Shown one piece after another: positions 27,201 to 40,492 of a DNA stretch of 64,000 bases. The notes under the pieces were generated by a model. That model ran no database searches. It was given only the letters and a program-made list of their open reading frames with translations, and was not told the origin of the DNA. How positions within the stretch are numbered: position 1 is the first letter of the stretch; each line of letters starts with the position of its first letter. The position numbers were made by a program, and so were the translations under genes. This stretch comes from Priapulus caudatus (taxonomy: Eukaryota), in contig NW_014577062.1 in NCBI RefSeq assembly GCF_000485595.1, positions 788,027 to 852,026 of the forward strand, in the 5' to 3' direction.

Positions 27201-30200
27201 AAGCCTAGCAGCTCTCTGGTTAGTAGTCTCTGCGCACCCCCGCCGTGATTCACTTTACTATCTGTACATGCAATTATCGTTTGCATGCAGCTATAAGCAG
27301 ATTAATATACGTCTAATACGCTTGGATACAGACTGTCACAGCGCATCGCGTGTTACATATTCAGAGATGGACCTTTCTGGAGGCAGTGTATGACTATTAT
27401 CTTATTCGGTGTACTTTCATTATCATGAGCTAACCCGATCTCAATGACACACGCGTACGAAGAATAAGACATAGGTAATATTAGGAGTGAATAATAGAGA
27501 CTCTATTCTTATTATTATTCACTTAATATATGGCGGGGAAAAGTGACTGAATACGAAATGAAGGAATATTGGGATTCATGGTAATGTGCCGACACTGGGT
27601 AATGTTATATAGCATAGATGGCAAGGAGAGCGAATCTTGAGGGAAATTAGCTGCATTCCTACACCCCCGCTGTGCATCGTTCCACTGTGCGCAACGCTCT
27701 CTTGATCACATGCTAATTACCTAACAGATCATTGTTCACACGCAGCACCGATTTCCATGGCAACGCATATTAACATAGTGAATAAAATAACGCGGTTGGT
27801 TACGCATTTTTACGCGTTGGCAACAGCCAGCCACTTTATAGTATCAAGAGTAGATAATAACACATATAGTGTGTTATTATCTACTCTTGATAGTATGTAT
27901 AGCAAATCGAAATGTGACACCTATTGTCACTGTGTTAGCACCATAGAAATATATAGAGACATCATGTACAGAGACTTTATATGCTCTTGACTATATCTAC
28001 CTATATTATTTTTATGGTTAGCACCCAAATAGGGCGCGGGTAGGATGTGACTGTGTTAGATAAACAGGCCGGTGGCATAGATGCGGTACTTGGCAGAACT
28101 AAACACATATCGTACACATTTCTACTGAGGACAGCAGAAACGCGTAACGTAAAAAAACAGTAACACGGTAAAACAGTAAAAACGTAAAGCATGTGTAGCA
28201 GAGTGTTCTATCGGGTAGCTCCAACTCGCATCCTACACCCTCCCCTTCTTCTTGCTAAGACATTCCCGGAGTCAGGTTAAGGCAGCGGCCGCCACGATGA
28301 CCGGCTATATGGGGGATGGCTGGTAGTAATTGTGCCTAGTATTAAAGTCTATTCATAGCCGTGCGGCCATAGTTGCAGCTGATCACCGCTGTACTGCTGC
28401 TGATTACGTCACTAGGCACCACATCTATGCACCTTCTTTATACGCTCTTGACCACATCTATATCATCAATAGCAAATAATACCTTATTAGTATTATTAGC
28501 TATTGATATTATTAGGAGTTAATGATAGAGTCTCTATTATTCACTCCTGATATTATCACGGTATCTGGTTAAACTCTGTTATCTAATTTCGCTAGAAAGA
28601 GACGTCGACCCACCTGAGTCTGAACCTATCTGCTTTCTACAGTGTTCAACAACGAGAAAAATGCACCCACGCAGTTTTGCCTGGCGACTGAGCAGGTTTC
28701 TCAATTGTATGTAATTTACTGCCAGAAATCGAAAGCTGGGTTGGCGCACATACAAAATACGTAGACAGAATAATTACATAATTATCCGAAGGAGGCACAT
28801 GATGGCTGTTAGCTGCTCTAAGTGTGTGTATAACGTGGGCGCAATAATGAACATGTATATTCACTCATCTGCCGTCCTCTTAAATTGCGCTAAATCTTAT
28901 CCTATTCTGTTTTTCACTGTAGGCTGCGCATGCAAGTCTGTATGTAATTGTAAGGCCGACACAGTGTGAACGTGTGGGCGGAAAGTGAGGGTTCGCACAC
29001 GCATATATATCAGGAGTAGATAATAGGGAACATTACATGCAAGGTCTTCCTCCTATATATGTCCATCAGGAGTAGATAATAGGGTCCCTATTATCTACTC
29101 CTGATGTCCATCGAGTTCCAAATGTACATATCGCACGTCTCCATATGATGTCAAGATAACATCAGGAGTGAATAATAGAATAGTAATAATTATTATTATT
29201 CACTCCTGATAACATTATAACAGATACTACGTTAGCACTGGTATGAGCGCGTTCATCGCCCACGCGAACTCGCAGGGTGGGGAGGGAAAGCTGCCAATCG
29301 TATAATTCACCAGTGAAACGAAATTGGCTGAGCGTGAGGAAAGTTTCAGGCCGACCATTGCTGCCCTGTTAACAGCAAGCGCAGCCACCCACAGTGAAAA
29401 TCTGCAGAATTAATGGCAAGTTTGAGACGGCACAGGAACACTGCGAAAACGACAACGATGGGTTGTCCATACCCATCAGCAGACGCAAATTGTAAATCTC
29501 ACATAAAATAACTGAGTTGTAACTAATTAGCTGGAAAGAACGGAGAAAAATTTTGGCCGCTGGGAACGCAAAGAAAATTTTGCAGTGCCAATTGGTGCAA
29601 TTAACGGCCAAATGCTGCGCGAATAATTTTTGATCTTTAAATACAAAGTCGTAAAGCAGTTTTTGTAATAATATAAATACATCGAGACCAATAGTACGAC
29701 ATTAACAGGGGTAAAAGATCATGTTTGTTTTCATCCTAGCTGATATTAACTTATTATCTGTTAACATCCTTAATCGAGTGTATGTATACCACACGGTACA
29801 GCAGTGCCGTGGCGTACCATGAATATAGATAATTAAAGGCAATCCGTTGAAACGGACATGGATGTCCACTATCAAGTCTAGACTGTCAGGAGTGACCAAT
29901 AGATCCGTCATGTGGATGTAAGGGATTATAATTTACAACGGTGTGGATGAATTATTATGAGGCATCTCTCCTGGTCTACATAAATCGGATCAGTAGATCA
30001 AAAACGACCCGGATAAGAATCCTCACGAAGTGCCTGATTAGGGTACATTAACCTGATATGCCAGCAAGTTCGGCAGATTCCCACCCAGACCAAGGTACGC
30101 CAATTGCTAATCCGCAATCAATGAATGAATCAGCAAATCTGACATGATGATTTTACGCATACAACATAGGCGATTAATCAAGAAATAGGGCTATAATATT

Positions 30201-30995
30201 TCTACTCTTGACATATAGCCATGGTGTCTGAAGTTTTGACCTAGGTCTGGCACTGGCATGCACACTGGTCATGCAGGGGGCGTATACAACCACCACATTC
30301 TGTAGGCAGAATACATCCTTCTGCACAAATTTAAATAAACTCGATCAACGATGAAGATTGTCAAATGGCAATATGTGGACGAACGACGACTTAAGCCTAG
30401 CTCCTACACTATAATCTCTTCGCCTAACGAAAGGGCTATAGTTGGCTTAGAGCTTATACTGGCCAATACACCCACGACAAGTAATTACCCAGTTGAAGTA
30501 ATATCTTTCGCAAATATTTCAAGTTTTTCTGTAAAATAAAAGTGACAAGGCGCCAAGCGAAACAAACAACAACTTCGACAGCCAGGCACGTCGTTATGAG
30601 TACACGCCGATACAATTGCTCAAGCCTAAAGGCAGCATCACCTGGTATAAAAGTCTACTGCGCACAGAGCCCGCCCAACGCCGTGAATCACTTTAGCTAA
30701 TCTGTTACATGCAAATTGACGTTTGCATGCAAGCTATATAGCAGATTAATATACCGTCTAATAACGCTTGCGATAACAGGACTGTCAAGCCGCATATCCG
30801 CGTGTTACATATTCAGCAGATTGGACCTTCTGGAAGGCAGTGTAATGACTGATTAATCTATTCGATGTACTTTGTCATTATCCATGGAGCATAAACGACC
30901 GATACTCAATGAACACGCGTAAGCGAAGAATAGAGACATAGGTAATCATTAGGAGATGAATAATAGAGATCTCTATTCTTAATTAATTATTCACT
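24240..30995. repeat. Direct duplication of ~3.3 kb (24240-27525 and 27570-30995), probably haplotype or assembly redundancy
   Basis: Colinear copies. Each has a part rich in single-base indels where the other copy reads cleanly. Confidence 0.85.
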
Positions 30996-32329
30996 ATCCT
31001 TGGTAAATTATGAATAGGCACACAGTAAACGTGTATACACACCATTCTCCGTGATGAAATCGTGCCCCACGCCGCACGCGGCAGGTGGCAGCGAAACGGA
31101 GTATGAAACCGGTGACGAGTATTGATATCGACCTGCCTTATCGATTATGGCTACTACAACACGCGCACCTATGTTCGCGACACATAAAAGGCACTGTGGG
31201 AGCGGCATATCAATAAAAATATAAATGCTGAAAATAAAATACGAAATCTATTCTAACCGCTACCAGGAGAAGGGTCTGTGAGAGTGCGGTTCCTTAGCTC
31301 CAAGGAAACGGTAATGGCTAGGGTTACAATCCGTAGTATAGACATATCCGTTTGTAGTAGACAATCCGTACCGCACAGACCCTGGTCGAGCTAAATGTTT
31401 CATACTATTCCTATACTACTCTTTCACGACTATTATTGCCGACAATTTCCTGTAAAATGCCGCACCACTATGCTCATCTACACAAACACATAGGCTGCCC
31501 GCCATTGCTGCCGCTGCACACATGACACATAAAATATATTAGTTATTGTGTTATATAATACAATATTTTTTTATTATGTATTTAATATTATATATATTCA
31601 TTAATATAAATTTAATAATTTATAAAGGTACCTTGAATGGTATAGAGCGCATCCATCTGCCATCGCTGGCCCGATCGTGAGGCAATGATTGACGTGCAAG
31701 AAACACACCGGATCAGTAAGCCGAGTCTCTTGCCCTCCACTAGCCGGCCGCCGCTGCCGACACGTAACTACAAGTGAACATGAGAACTTCGAGAAGCTCA
31801 CGGCAGAGACACTGCAGCACCCTGACACCGCACAGGTCGCGATACCGAAAAAATCCCCCCCCCAGGGTCAGCCCACCAGCAGCAGCCAGCCAACCCACTC
31901 ACCGCACAACGACGGACAGGACAAAACACTATAGACAACAAGCATAACGTCGGACGCCAAGCTGCGAACAACCAAGCCAGCCGCTCGCTCATCTCATGCT
32001 CTCGTCAACACGGGGCAGTGTATTACGATGGCGTCCGCGCTGCCTGGTAGCATGTAACCTGAGCGTCCTGCCCGTTACAGATACGAATTAGCGCAGTACA
32101 CGGCGTCGATGTCGGTCGTCTCGCCGCCTCGATCTGGATAGAGACTGGCGTGCTGGCCGTGCGGCGCGCTTCTAGAGGCAGCTAATATATGAATGCGGCT
32201 TCCGTGCGCGTGAATGAAGCAGGGGCAACGCTGGCATACTGCGCATGTAAGGCAAAGTCATTAGCGAGAAACTTGAAGCAGCAAAACAGTGCCGCTTGTA
32301 GGCGGCCAAATGGTGTAACGTGTAGTGCG

Positions 32330-32548
32330 CGCAGTCGTGCGCGCGCGTGTGTGTCGGTGCAGTGCGTGCGTGAGTTGCATGTGTCCGTATTATACGTGTA
32401 ATGTATGCGCGCGCGCGTTGTGTTGTGTGCGCGCGTGTGTGTGTGTGTGTGTGTGTGTTTGTGGTGTGGGTAGTGTAAGACGGCGTGTAGTACGTGCGTG
32501 GCGCGGCGCCTGAGCGCGGGCGTGCCGTGTAGCTGTGTGTGTTGTGTG

Positions 32549-32583
<35 letters not shown>

Positions 32584-32598
32584 AGCGTACGCGCGCGC

Positions 32599-32649
<51 letters not shown>

Positions 32650-32790
32650 TGTAAGCGCGTGTGTACGCGCGTGCGTGCGTGGGCGCGTGTATGTGTGTGT
32701 GTGTGCTAGCGTGTGTGTGTGCGCGCGCGTGCGCGCGCGTGTGTGTGTGCGTATATACGTGTGTGTGCGTGCGTATGTGCGCGCGCGTGC
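32330..32790. repeat. (GT)n/(GC)n alternating purine-pyrimidine tract
   Basis: Direct reading. Confidence 0.9.
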
Positions 32791-33338
32791 GGTTGCGCCG
32801 CGCCGTAGTTTTAACCGTGTAGGAAACTGCGATGCGAAACTCAAAATCTACGTCACGACGACGACACTGAGAACCGATCATCACACTGATAGCAAGTTCT
32901 CTCGTCACTCGTGGCCATCGGTCTGGCCACACAGATTGAGCTCGCCTCGAAGCTCAGCCGATTCACATGCCGAAATGTGCTGTGAATCAACGTTGTTCTG
33001 GTATAGCAGAACGAGTCCAAAATGAGAAAATTTTGCACTCAAGGTGGCGTCTCGTTAAAATGGCTAATCACCTAGCGCTTGTATCCGTGTCCGCGCAATC
33101 GTCTGGTCGATACCATAAGAAAGCTACGACAAGGTACAGAGACGTACCTCGTTAGCGAGTTGCCGCGTGCACTGTGGAGCGTCTACGCATAAGAAAATGC
33201 ATTTGCTGCGCCGTCCCTTATCTCATTTTTCTCGTCATCTCTCTCTCTCTCTCTCTCTCTCGCTCTTACTCATTCTCTCTCTCTCACACACACACACACG
33301 CACACACACACGCACGCACGCACACGCACGCACGCACA

Positions 33339-33370
<32 letters not shown>

Positions 33371-33789
33371 CACACACACACTCATTTTCTCTCTATAGAA
33401 ACTAACAGTAAAAAGAATAACAGAAAAATAACTAGGAAATAACGAGAAATATTAGAGGAAAATAATGGTAAAGTAAAAACCTCTAATTTAACAACTGAGC
33501 CGTTGCTTGATTTGACGCGTGCCTTTAATTTCCCCTCGCTATATCCCGGTTTACTGTCTCGTTGATCAGGAGCCTCACGACAGTCGTCATCAATTCACCA
33601 TACTGCCACGATACCGTGCATAAGGAAAATTAAAACATCTCAGTAAACCATTCAAATCGCAGCCAGACGTGGAATAACAAGAGAGAAACCGCGCGTTTTC
33701 TTTCACGCACGCACACACATCAATCATGAAGTCGGTTTCCCACCGAAGACCATATATCTCTCTCCCATTCTCTCCCCTCTATTGCTTTC

Positions 33790-33939
<150 letters not shown>

Positions 33940-34419
33940 CTCTCTTACTAGCTCTTTCTATGCCATTCTGTTTCGATCACTACCTTCTCTCTCTCCCTTC
34001 CCCTAGCAGGCTAAACCTCCTCTGCCTCACACCCTCTCTCTATCCATCCATTGCCACTTCCTCTCGCCCCTCCCCACCCTCTCGGCTTCTCTCCCCTCCC
34101 TCTCTATGAGCAGCAGTACTATCTGCAATGTAACAGCGAAACCATCGGCAGAACAAACTGTTCACTGCGTACTAGTTAATTATAAGCGACCAGGGGGCTT
34201 CTCGGCCTACTCTTTGCTAGTAACGCCGACACGTGAGGTCTTCTTCGGCGGTCGCAGCGGTGCTCAGGCGACGAGGGACGCGCGGGACAGCAGTCAAGCC
34301 GCAGCTCGATCAGCTGCCGACTGTATCTACCGCATGCCGCCGACGACCGGCGACTGCTCGCCGCAGCACACCCGGCCGAAATCGTGACGGAAAATCGATG
34401 AAGCCATCATCGACACGAG

Positions 34420-34560
34420 CGGCTGCTGCTGTTGCTGCTGCTGCTGCTGTTACTGCCGCCGCTGCTGCTGTTGCTGCCACCGCCGCTGCTTCTATCGCTG
34501 CTACTGCTATCGCCGCCGCTGCCATTGGTGCTGCTGCCGCTACTGCTGCCGCCGCTGCTG
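34420..34560. repeat. Imperfect (GCT/GCC)n trinucleotide repeat within a CpG-rich block
   Basis: Direct reading. Confidence 0.9.
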
Positions 34561-35203
34561 GTGTTCCCAGGGCTGCCGTCACGTCATTACAACCGCCTTC
34601 GTCGCAGCTTGACTGACAGGCGAAATGTGGCACGCGCCCATGGCCACGCGCGGGCTCTCTCGTGGCCATACGTGACCAATCGCGCGCCGAACCAGCAGGA
34701 AGGCAAGCAAGCACGCACACACAAGCACGTACACAGACATACATGCACGCACGCGCGCACGCACGCACACACACGACACACACCGACACACACGTCGCAC
34801 GTAGTACGCACGAACACACGCAGACATATATAGCGTTTTCTAAATTAATAAAAGGTACTAATATTGATTACGGCACGCTCGCTGGCACGCGCTGCGAGAA
34901 CTGCGCGCTAGTGCGCCTGCGCCCACGTCTGCGTTGCAGATTAAACGATATTGATTGAGAGCAAGCAAGCACAGGGATCGGCGCCATCTGTGAGAGAAAG
35001 GAGTGAGATTACGATGCCTGCTGATGCCATGCTCGACCACGCACAATACACAACACCGGTCACCGCCCTTCGCAGATGTTTGCACGCGGTTAGCTGTTAT
35101 CGAAAACGAGGAAGGTGGAGCGAAATATTGATGAATGGGTCGGGCGGGAGAGAGGATATTACAGGTGAGAAGGGAGTGGGGGCAAGATGGGTTGATATAG
35201 GTA

Positions 35204-35328
35204 GGGTGTTGCTATCCCCCGGGCGTGGAGGAAGGGTCACGTGATACAGTTGACCCGAACCCTAATCCTAACACTAGTGCTGCCACTTTGCGGTAACCTC
35301 CCTCCACGCCCGGGGGATAGCATTACCC
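35204..35328. mobile_element. 125-bp MITE with ~26-bp TIRs
   Basis: gggtgttgctatcccccgggcgtggagg ... cctccacgcccgggggatagcattaccc, with an imperfect ~9-bp flanking repeat (atataggta / atatggggta). Confidence 0.7.
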
Positions 35329-35344
35329 ATATGGGGTAGGGTCG

Positions 35345-36865
35345 GAAGGAATGATGGAGGGAGGGTAGAATGGAGGAAGGGAGGGAGGGAGGGTGGAAGG
35401 GAGAAAGAGAGGAAGGGAGGAAGGGTGGAAGGGAGGAAGGGAGGAAGGGAGGAAGGGAGGAAGGGAGGGAGGGTGGAAGGGAGGGAGGGTGGAAGGGAGG
35501 AAGGGTGGAAGGGAGGAAGGGAGGAAAGGAGGGAGGGTGGAAGTGAGGAATGAAGGAAGAAAGGGAGGGTGGAAGGGTGGAAGGGAGGGAAGGGAGGGGG
35601 GTGGAGGAGAGGTGGAAGGGCGGGAGGTGGAAGGGAGGAAGGGAGTAAGGAGGGAGGGTGGAATGAGGAAGGAAGGCAGAGAGGGGAGGGTGTAAGGCGA
35701 AGGGAGGGAGGGTGGAAGGGAGGAAGGGAGGAAGGGAGGAGGGTGGAAGGGAAGGAGGGTGGCAAGGGAAGGGAAGGAGAAGGAGGGAGGGGTGGAAGTG
35801 AGGAAGGAAGGAAGAAAGGGAGGGGGAAGGTGGAAAGGAGAAGGGAGGAGGGTGAAGGGACGAAAGAGTGGAAGGGAGAAAGGGGAAGGGAGGAGGGTGG
35901 AAGTGAGGAAGAGTGAGAAAGAGAGGGAGGTGGGAGGAGGGAGGGTGTTAAGGGGGGGAGGGGGTGGGAAAGGGAGGAAGGGAGGAATGGTGGAGGGAGG
36001 GTGGAAGGGAGGGAGGGTGAAAGGAAGGAGGAGAAAGAAAGGAAAGGAGAGAGGGTGGAAGGAAGGAAGGAGGAGGTGGAAGGGAGCGGAAGGGTGAGGA
36101 GGAAGGAGGACGGGAAGGAGGGTGGAGGGAGGCGAAAGGTGGATAGAGAGGAAGGGTGGCAAGGGAAGGCGGGTGGAAAGGAGGAAGGGAGAAGGGAGGA
36201 AGGAGGAAGGAGGGAGGGAGGGTGAAGGGAGGGAGGAGGGTGAAAGGGAAGAAAGGAGAATGAGAAGGAGGTGGGAAGGGAGGGAGGAGGGAGGGAGGGA
36301 GGAGGGAGGGAGGGAAGGAGGGAGGGAGGGAGGAAGGGAGGAGGGAGGGAGGGAGGAGGGAGGGGGAAGGAAGGAGGAGGGTGGGGAAGGAAAGAAAGGA
36401 GGAGGGGAAGGAGGGGTGGAAAGGAGGGAAAGGGAGGGAGAGCCAGGGAGGGAGGGAGGGAAGAGGGAGGAGGGGGGAAGGGAGGGAGGGAGACAGAGGA
36501 AGGATTTAGGGAGCGATGGAGGGAGGGTGGAAGAAGGGAGGGAGGGAGGCAAGGGAGGAGAGAGGAAGGGTGGAAGGGAGGAAAGGGAGGAAGGAGGAAG
36601 GGAGAAGGGAGAAGGGGAAGGAGGAAGGGAGGGAGGTGGAAGGGAGGGAGGAGAGTGGAAGGAGGGAAGGAGAGTGGAAGGGAAGAAAAGGGAGGGAAAG
36701 GGAGGAGGGTGGAAGGAAGGGAGGGAGCCTAGGGGGAGGAGCGAGGGGAGGAGGGGGGGAGGGGAGGGAGGCCGAGGAGGGAGGAGGAGGGTGGAAGGGA
36801 GGGAGGGAGCCTAGGGGGAGGAGCGAGGGGAGGAGGGGGGNNNNNNNNNNNNNNNNNNNNNNNNN

Positions 36866-36950
<85 letters not shown>
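35345..36950. repeat. ~1.6 kb polypurine (GGA/GGAAGGGA) low-complexity tract; a similar tract is at 41783-42235
   Basis: The + strand is almost purely G/A. Confidence 0.95.
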
Positions 36951-36952
<2 letters not shown>

Positions 36953-37935
36953 AGAGCAAGAAAGCAAGCGAGCGAGAGCAAGAACGAGAGGGAGGGGTGT
37001 GTGAAAGAATGAATATCCACAATATTTCCTCCATTCCTCTCCTCGCCCGCCCCCCCACAAACTGAGCCATAGATCGAATATTATACTTCCGAATATTAGT
37101 AACGATTTTTCGCACGAGTGCTTTCATCTTATTCGCTTAAACACGTTAGTAACGCCTTCAGCTCGAGGCCACGACTTTCGAGTGCGCTTAGAATGACAAT
37201 TGATCTCCGAGCATAAAACCAGTTATCATGGCCCGCCTCTCTGGTCGGCTGGCGAACGAGCAGCCTAGCATAAGACATCGATTCTGAGTGAATAACAACA
37301 AAGTTGCTTTCATTCACACCTAATCTTACGTAACGTTTCGACGCTCGACGTTCGAGTTTAACAAAGCTCCCGCGTATACGGCATAATTCTCGCTTGAATC
37401 AGGCTTTCTTACTCATAAATATGGATTTTTCACGGTTCAACGTTAATGAGAAATAAACAAGTACCTGAACGTGACACCTGTTTACGCGTGAAATAAAGGA
37501 AGGGATAGGACGCGCCCCCAGTGTAACGGTGTCCCTTCATTTACCGCAAAGAGGAAGCTCACATGCGTAGAGCAACACCAAGGAAGTTTAAGAACGATTA
37601 GGAAATACTACCTTTATGATGTCATTATCTAATCCCCTATACCTACTACTGTCAGCGGAAATCTTTCAGCTAACTCAAGAAAGTGCAGTGAATGAGTCTG
37701 TTAATAATAATAACAGAGCAAAATGCGTCTACCTGATCTGTGTGCATTTTATGTTTACTCCGCTATTGTTAGTCTTGAAAGCCAACATGTGCGCTATAGA
37801 CGTACGCATGTTTGTATGAGAAGCCTACGCCTCTAGCAATACATACGATGTATTACACTGGAGATGAATCAGACTCCGGCAGTAAATCCTGGCAGCTTTC
37901 TTTGTTCAGTGTCAGGTATATTGTTTGGTTACTAT

Positions 37936-37972
37936 CAAGAGCGTATAAAGAAGGCTTCTTTATACGCTCTTG
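37936..37972. mobile_element. 37-bp TIR-only hairpin (17+3+17) with 7-bp TSD; representative of a family
   Basis: ttactat|caagagcgtataaagaa-ggc-ttctttatacgctcttg|ttactat. Siblings at 7652-7696, 18697-18765, 23902-23938, 27845-27889, 29067-29103, 29163-29208, 39622-39688 and 45102-45153. Confidence 0.85.
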
Positions 37973-39294
37973 TTACTATTATTCTGGCTAACCTTTACCG
38001 CCCGGCAAAATTCACTTGCGTTAAATGTTGGCAACCACTCTTACGCGCCCAAGTGCCGCATTAAATATTGCCGTGTTAACTGTTGTGACACCCTGCCCCC
38101 TACTTTTTGGCTGAAACCTTATATGTCATGCGCCCAACTGTTTCGTGAAATGCTGTCGTGTTATCATCAGCGAATAATGACAAATTATTAAAAGTATTAA
38201 AATTAACTATTAACTATTTAAATTATATAATTTGTCATGATTCCCTCCCCCCCCCCCTGGTGTTATCTGTCGTCTCGTCCAGGTGAGCGGCTTAGGGTTC
38301 TCACCGATTTCTCTGTGATGTCACCAGGCACCGTCTTGTAGGTCAGTCGTATTACAGGAAATAGACAAACACGAGCAGCTGAAAGCGTTTCTGTCCTAAA
38401 CATTGTTAGTAATTCATTTACAGCGGTCAGGAAACGTTACACGAACGAATTAGTTTGTCAAGGCCACAGTAATCTCACAAACACAAGTGAAGAGCAAAAC
38501 AGAAGCGGAAATGAGAGATTGCCACACAGTACGCCATATTAAGACATAACGGATATAATAATATCAATAGCGCAGACATCGTTTACGTAATCTTGATCAT
38601 GTGTATTAGGGCTAAGCACGCCTGTTATGTGTTGATGTGTGATGAATGCTGATGTTATGTGTGGCCGTTGATGTCTGTATCTCCGCTGTCTCTGGCCCTG
38701 CTTACCCCATCTCTTACCCTCGGTCTCTTTACACCTCTATCTCTTCTCTTGTCTTTCTGTCGCTGTCTCTCTTTCTTCCCCTTCCCCTCTCTCACGCCCT
38801 ACCGCCCTCCCTCCTGAGGAAAAATAAAAATCACGCCAACGGGAGGAGAAAGCCAGAGGTACACGGACGGGAGGAGAAAACACACAGTAGCGCACGTTTG
38901 GAAACTCGCGTGGGAATTATATGCAAGCACTTCCTTTCAGGAATCCTGAATTTTTAATGCGGCGCTTGCTGTCAACTAGATACCGGTATAGGAGCCTTCC
39001 ACATAACTACCAAAACGGGTAATACCAAGATTTCACCGGACTCCGCAGAGCGCAACTTCAAGTTTCAACCAAGATGGATAGATCGAACGCAGATGTATAG
39101 AAACTAGTTCTATTCAATTGTGCATTCTGCAATTTAAAGACACTCTGTACGCGAAAACCAACAAAACGTGTTACACATAAACATGCACGGCGCACGCACG
39201 TACAAACACACACACGCACACGAATGCACGCTCGCCTTCAAACACGCACACACGCGCTCGCACACACGCACGCACGCGCGCGCGCACACGCACG

Positions 39295-39333
<39 letters not shown>

Positions 39334-39445
39334 GCACACGTGCACAGGCCTGCGCACGGGCAGACACGTGGACGCACGTATAGATGGCATAGTTCAGGAT
39401 TTAGCGATATAATAAAAACCAAAACATAACAAGTGTGAAACTCAC

Positions 39446-39469
39446 CTGCTGAAGGGGGATACCAAACAT
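39446..39469 (-). CDS. 24-nt micro-exon MFGIPLQQ (phase 0-0), N-terminal extension of the ECE-like protein
   Basis: Strong polypyrimidine acceptor (tttatttctttattttttcag) and consensus donor CAG|gtgagt. Open and in frame with the ATG at 23782. Confidence 0.7.
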
Positions 39470-40405
39470 CTGAAAAAATAAAGAAATAAAATTACATATG
39501 CTCAGAATGATAACAATGCAAAAACACAGTAACGGGTTCCGAAAGAAATATCGCTAGAGAGCTCGCCAAGGATTCCCCAACTTTTTGATAAGAGAACAAG
39601 AGATGAATAGATATATAACGTCAAGAGTGCATAATAGAGCACTATATGCACTATATGCACTATATGCACTCTCTATTATGCACTCTTGATAACGTGGAGT
39701 TATAGCTTCAATAAATAACAATTAATAAGGCTGCAGGGACGCTGACGCGCTGTTTACAGGTCTGCAGAACAAATGAACGCCGCAACAGAGATGCTGCGAC
39801 GTTTACCACCACATTCCGGCTCCGCTGCCGTAATATAAACCGCGGAAAAAACACGCGATCGTTGTTTGCAATGATGCAGGGTTACTAAAAGGATGGATTA
39901 AAACCGACACTGCTCGCCGTGACTAATGGCATACACGGGCACGTGCGATAATTCCAGTTCGCACTAAATCCACAAAATTCATCAATTATCGACGGAATCA
40001 TCCGCGAATGTGTCAGACGTGTAAACTCTGCGCCATTATTTCACGCGCACGTTTTTTTAAAGTTTCCGCGGGGAACGGAGGTTGATTACACTAACCCAAC
40101 ACAAGCTAGTCTATAGAAATAATGTGTATAAACCGAAGAAGCACTGTAGCATCACCAGTCTCAACACTTGCAATCATGTAAGCATCACGGGCGGTATTTA
40201 TATTAGCAGCTCATGAACCGTATAATGGAAGCCCCAGAGTACGCTAGCGGCAGAAACATAATCTTTTATAGAAAGTACAGAGTGTCCGGTATAGAAAACA
40301 TCGTTAGCTATGATGCATCGTGATCATTAAACAGTGTTCATTTCCGATCACGGCGTATATATATATATATATATATATATTAAAGCATGCATTGATCAGA
40401 TTTAC

Positions 40406-40492
40406 AGGATCTCTAATGACAGCATCCTCCCCGCTTGCTCTGCGAACGACATCTCCATTTGCTTCGGTGTACTTCTCCTCGTTCATCATCAT
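40406..40492 (-). CDS. Candidate first coding segment MMMNEEKYTEANGDVVRRASGEDAVIRDP of the ECE-like gene
   Basis: ATG-started 29-codon frame ending exactly at a gtaaat donor in phase 0, compatible with the 24-nt micro-exon. Lies at the 3' edge of a CpG-rich block. Confidence 0.5.

Noticed and set aside
34233..34833. Poly-alanine ORFs suggestive of a transcription factor
   Set aside because: Explained by a GCN trinucleotide repeat that is open in several frames on both strands; no domain or convincing splice sites.
35274..37127. Long Pro/Ser/Leu-rich or Gly/Arg/Glu-rich ORFs
   Set aside because: Translations of a polypurine low-complexity tract and microsatellites.
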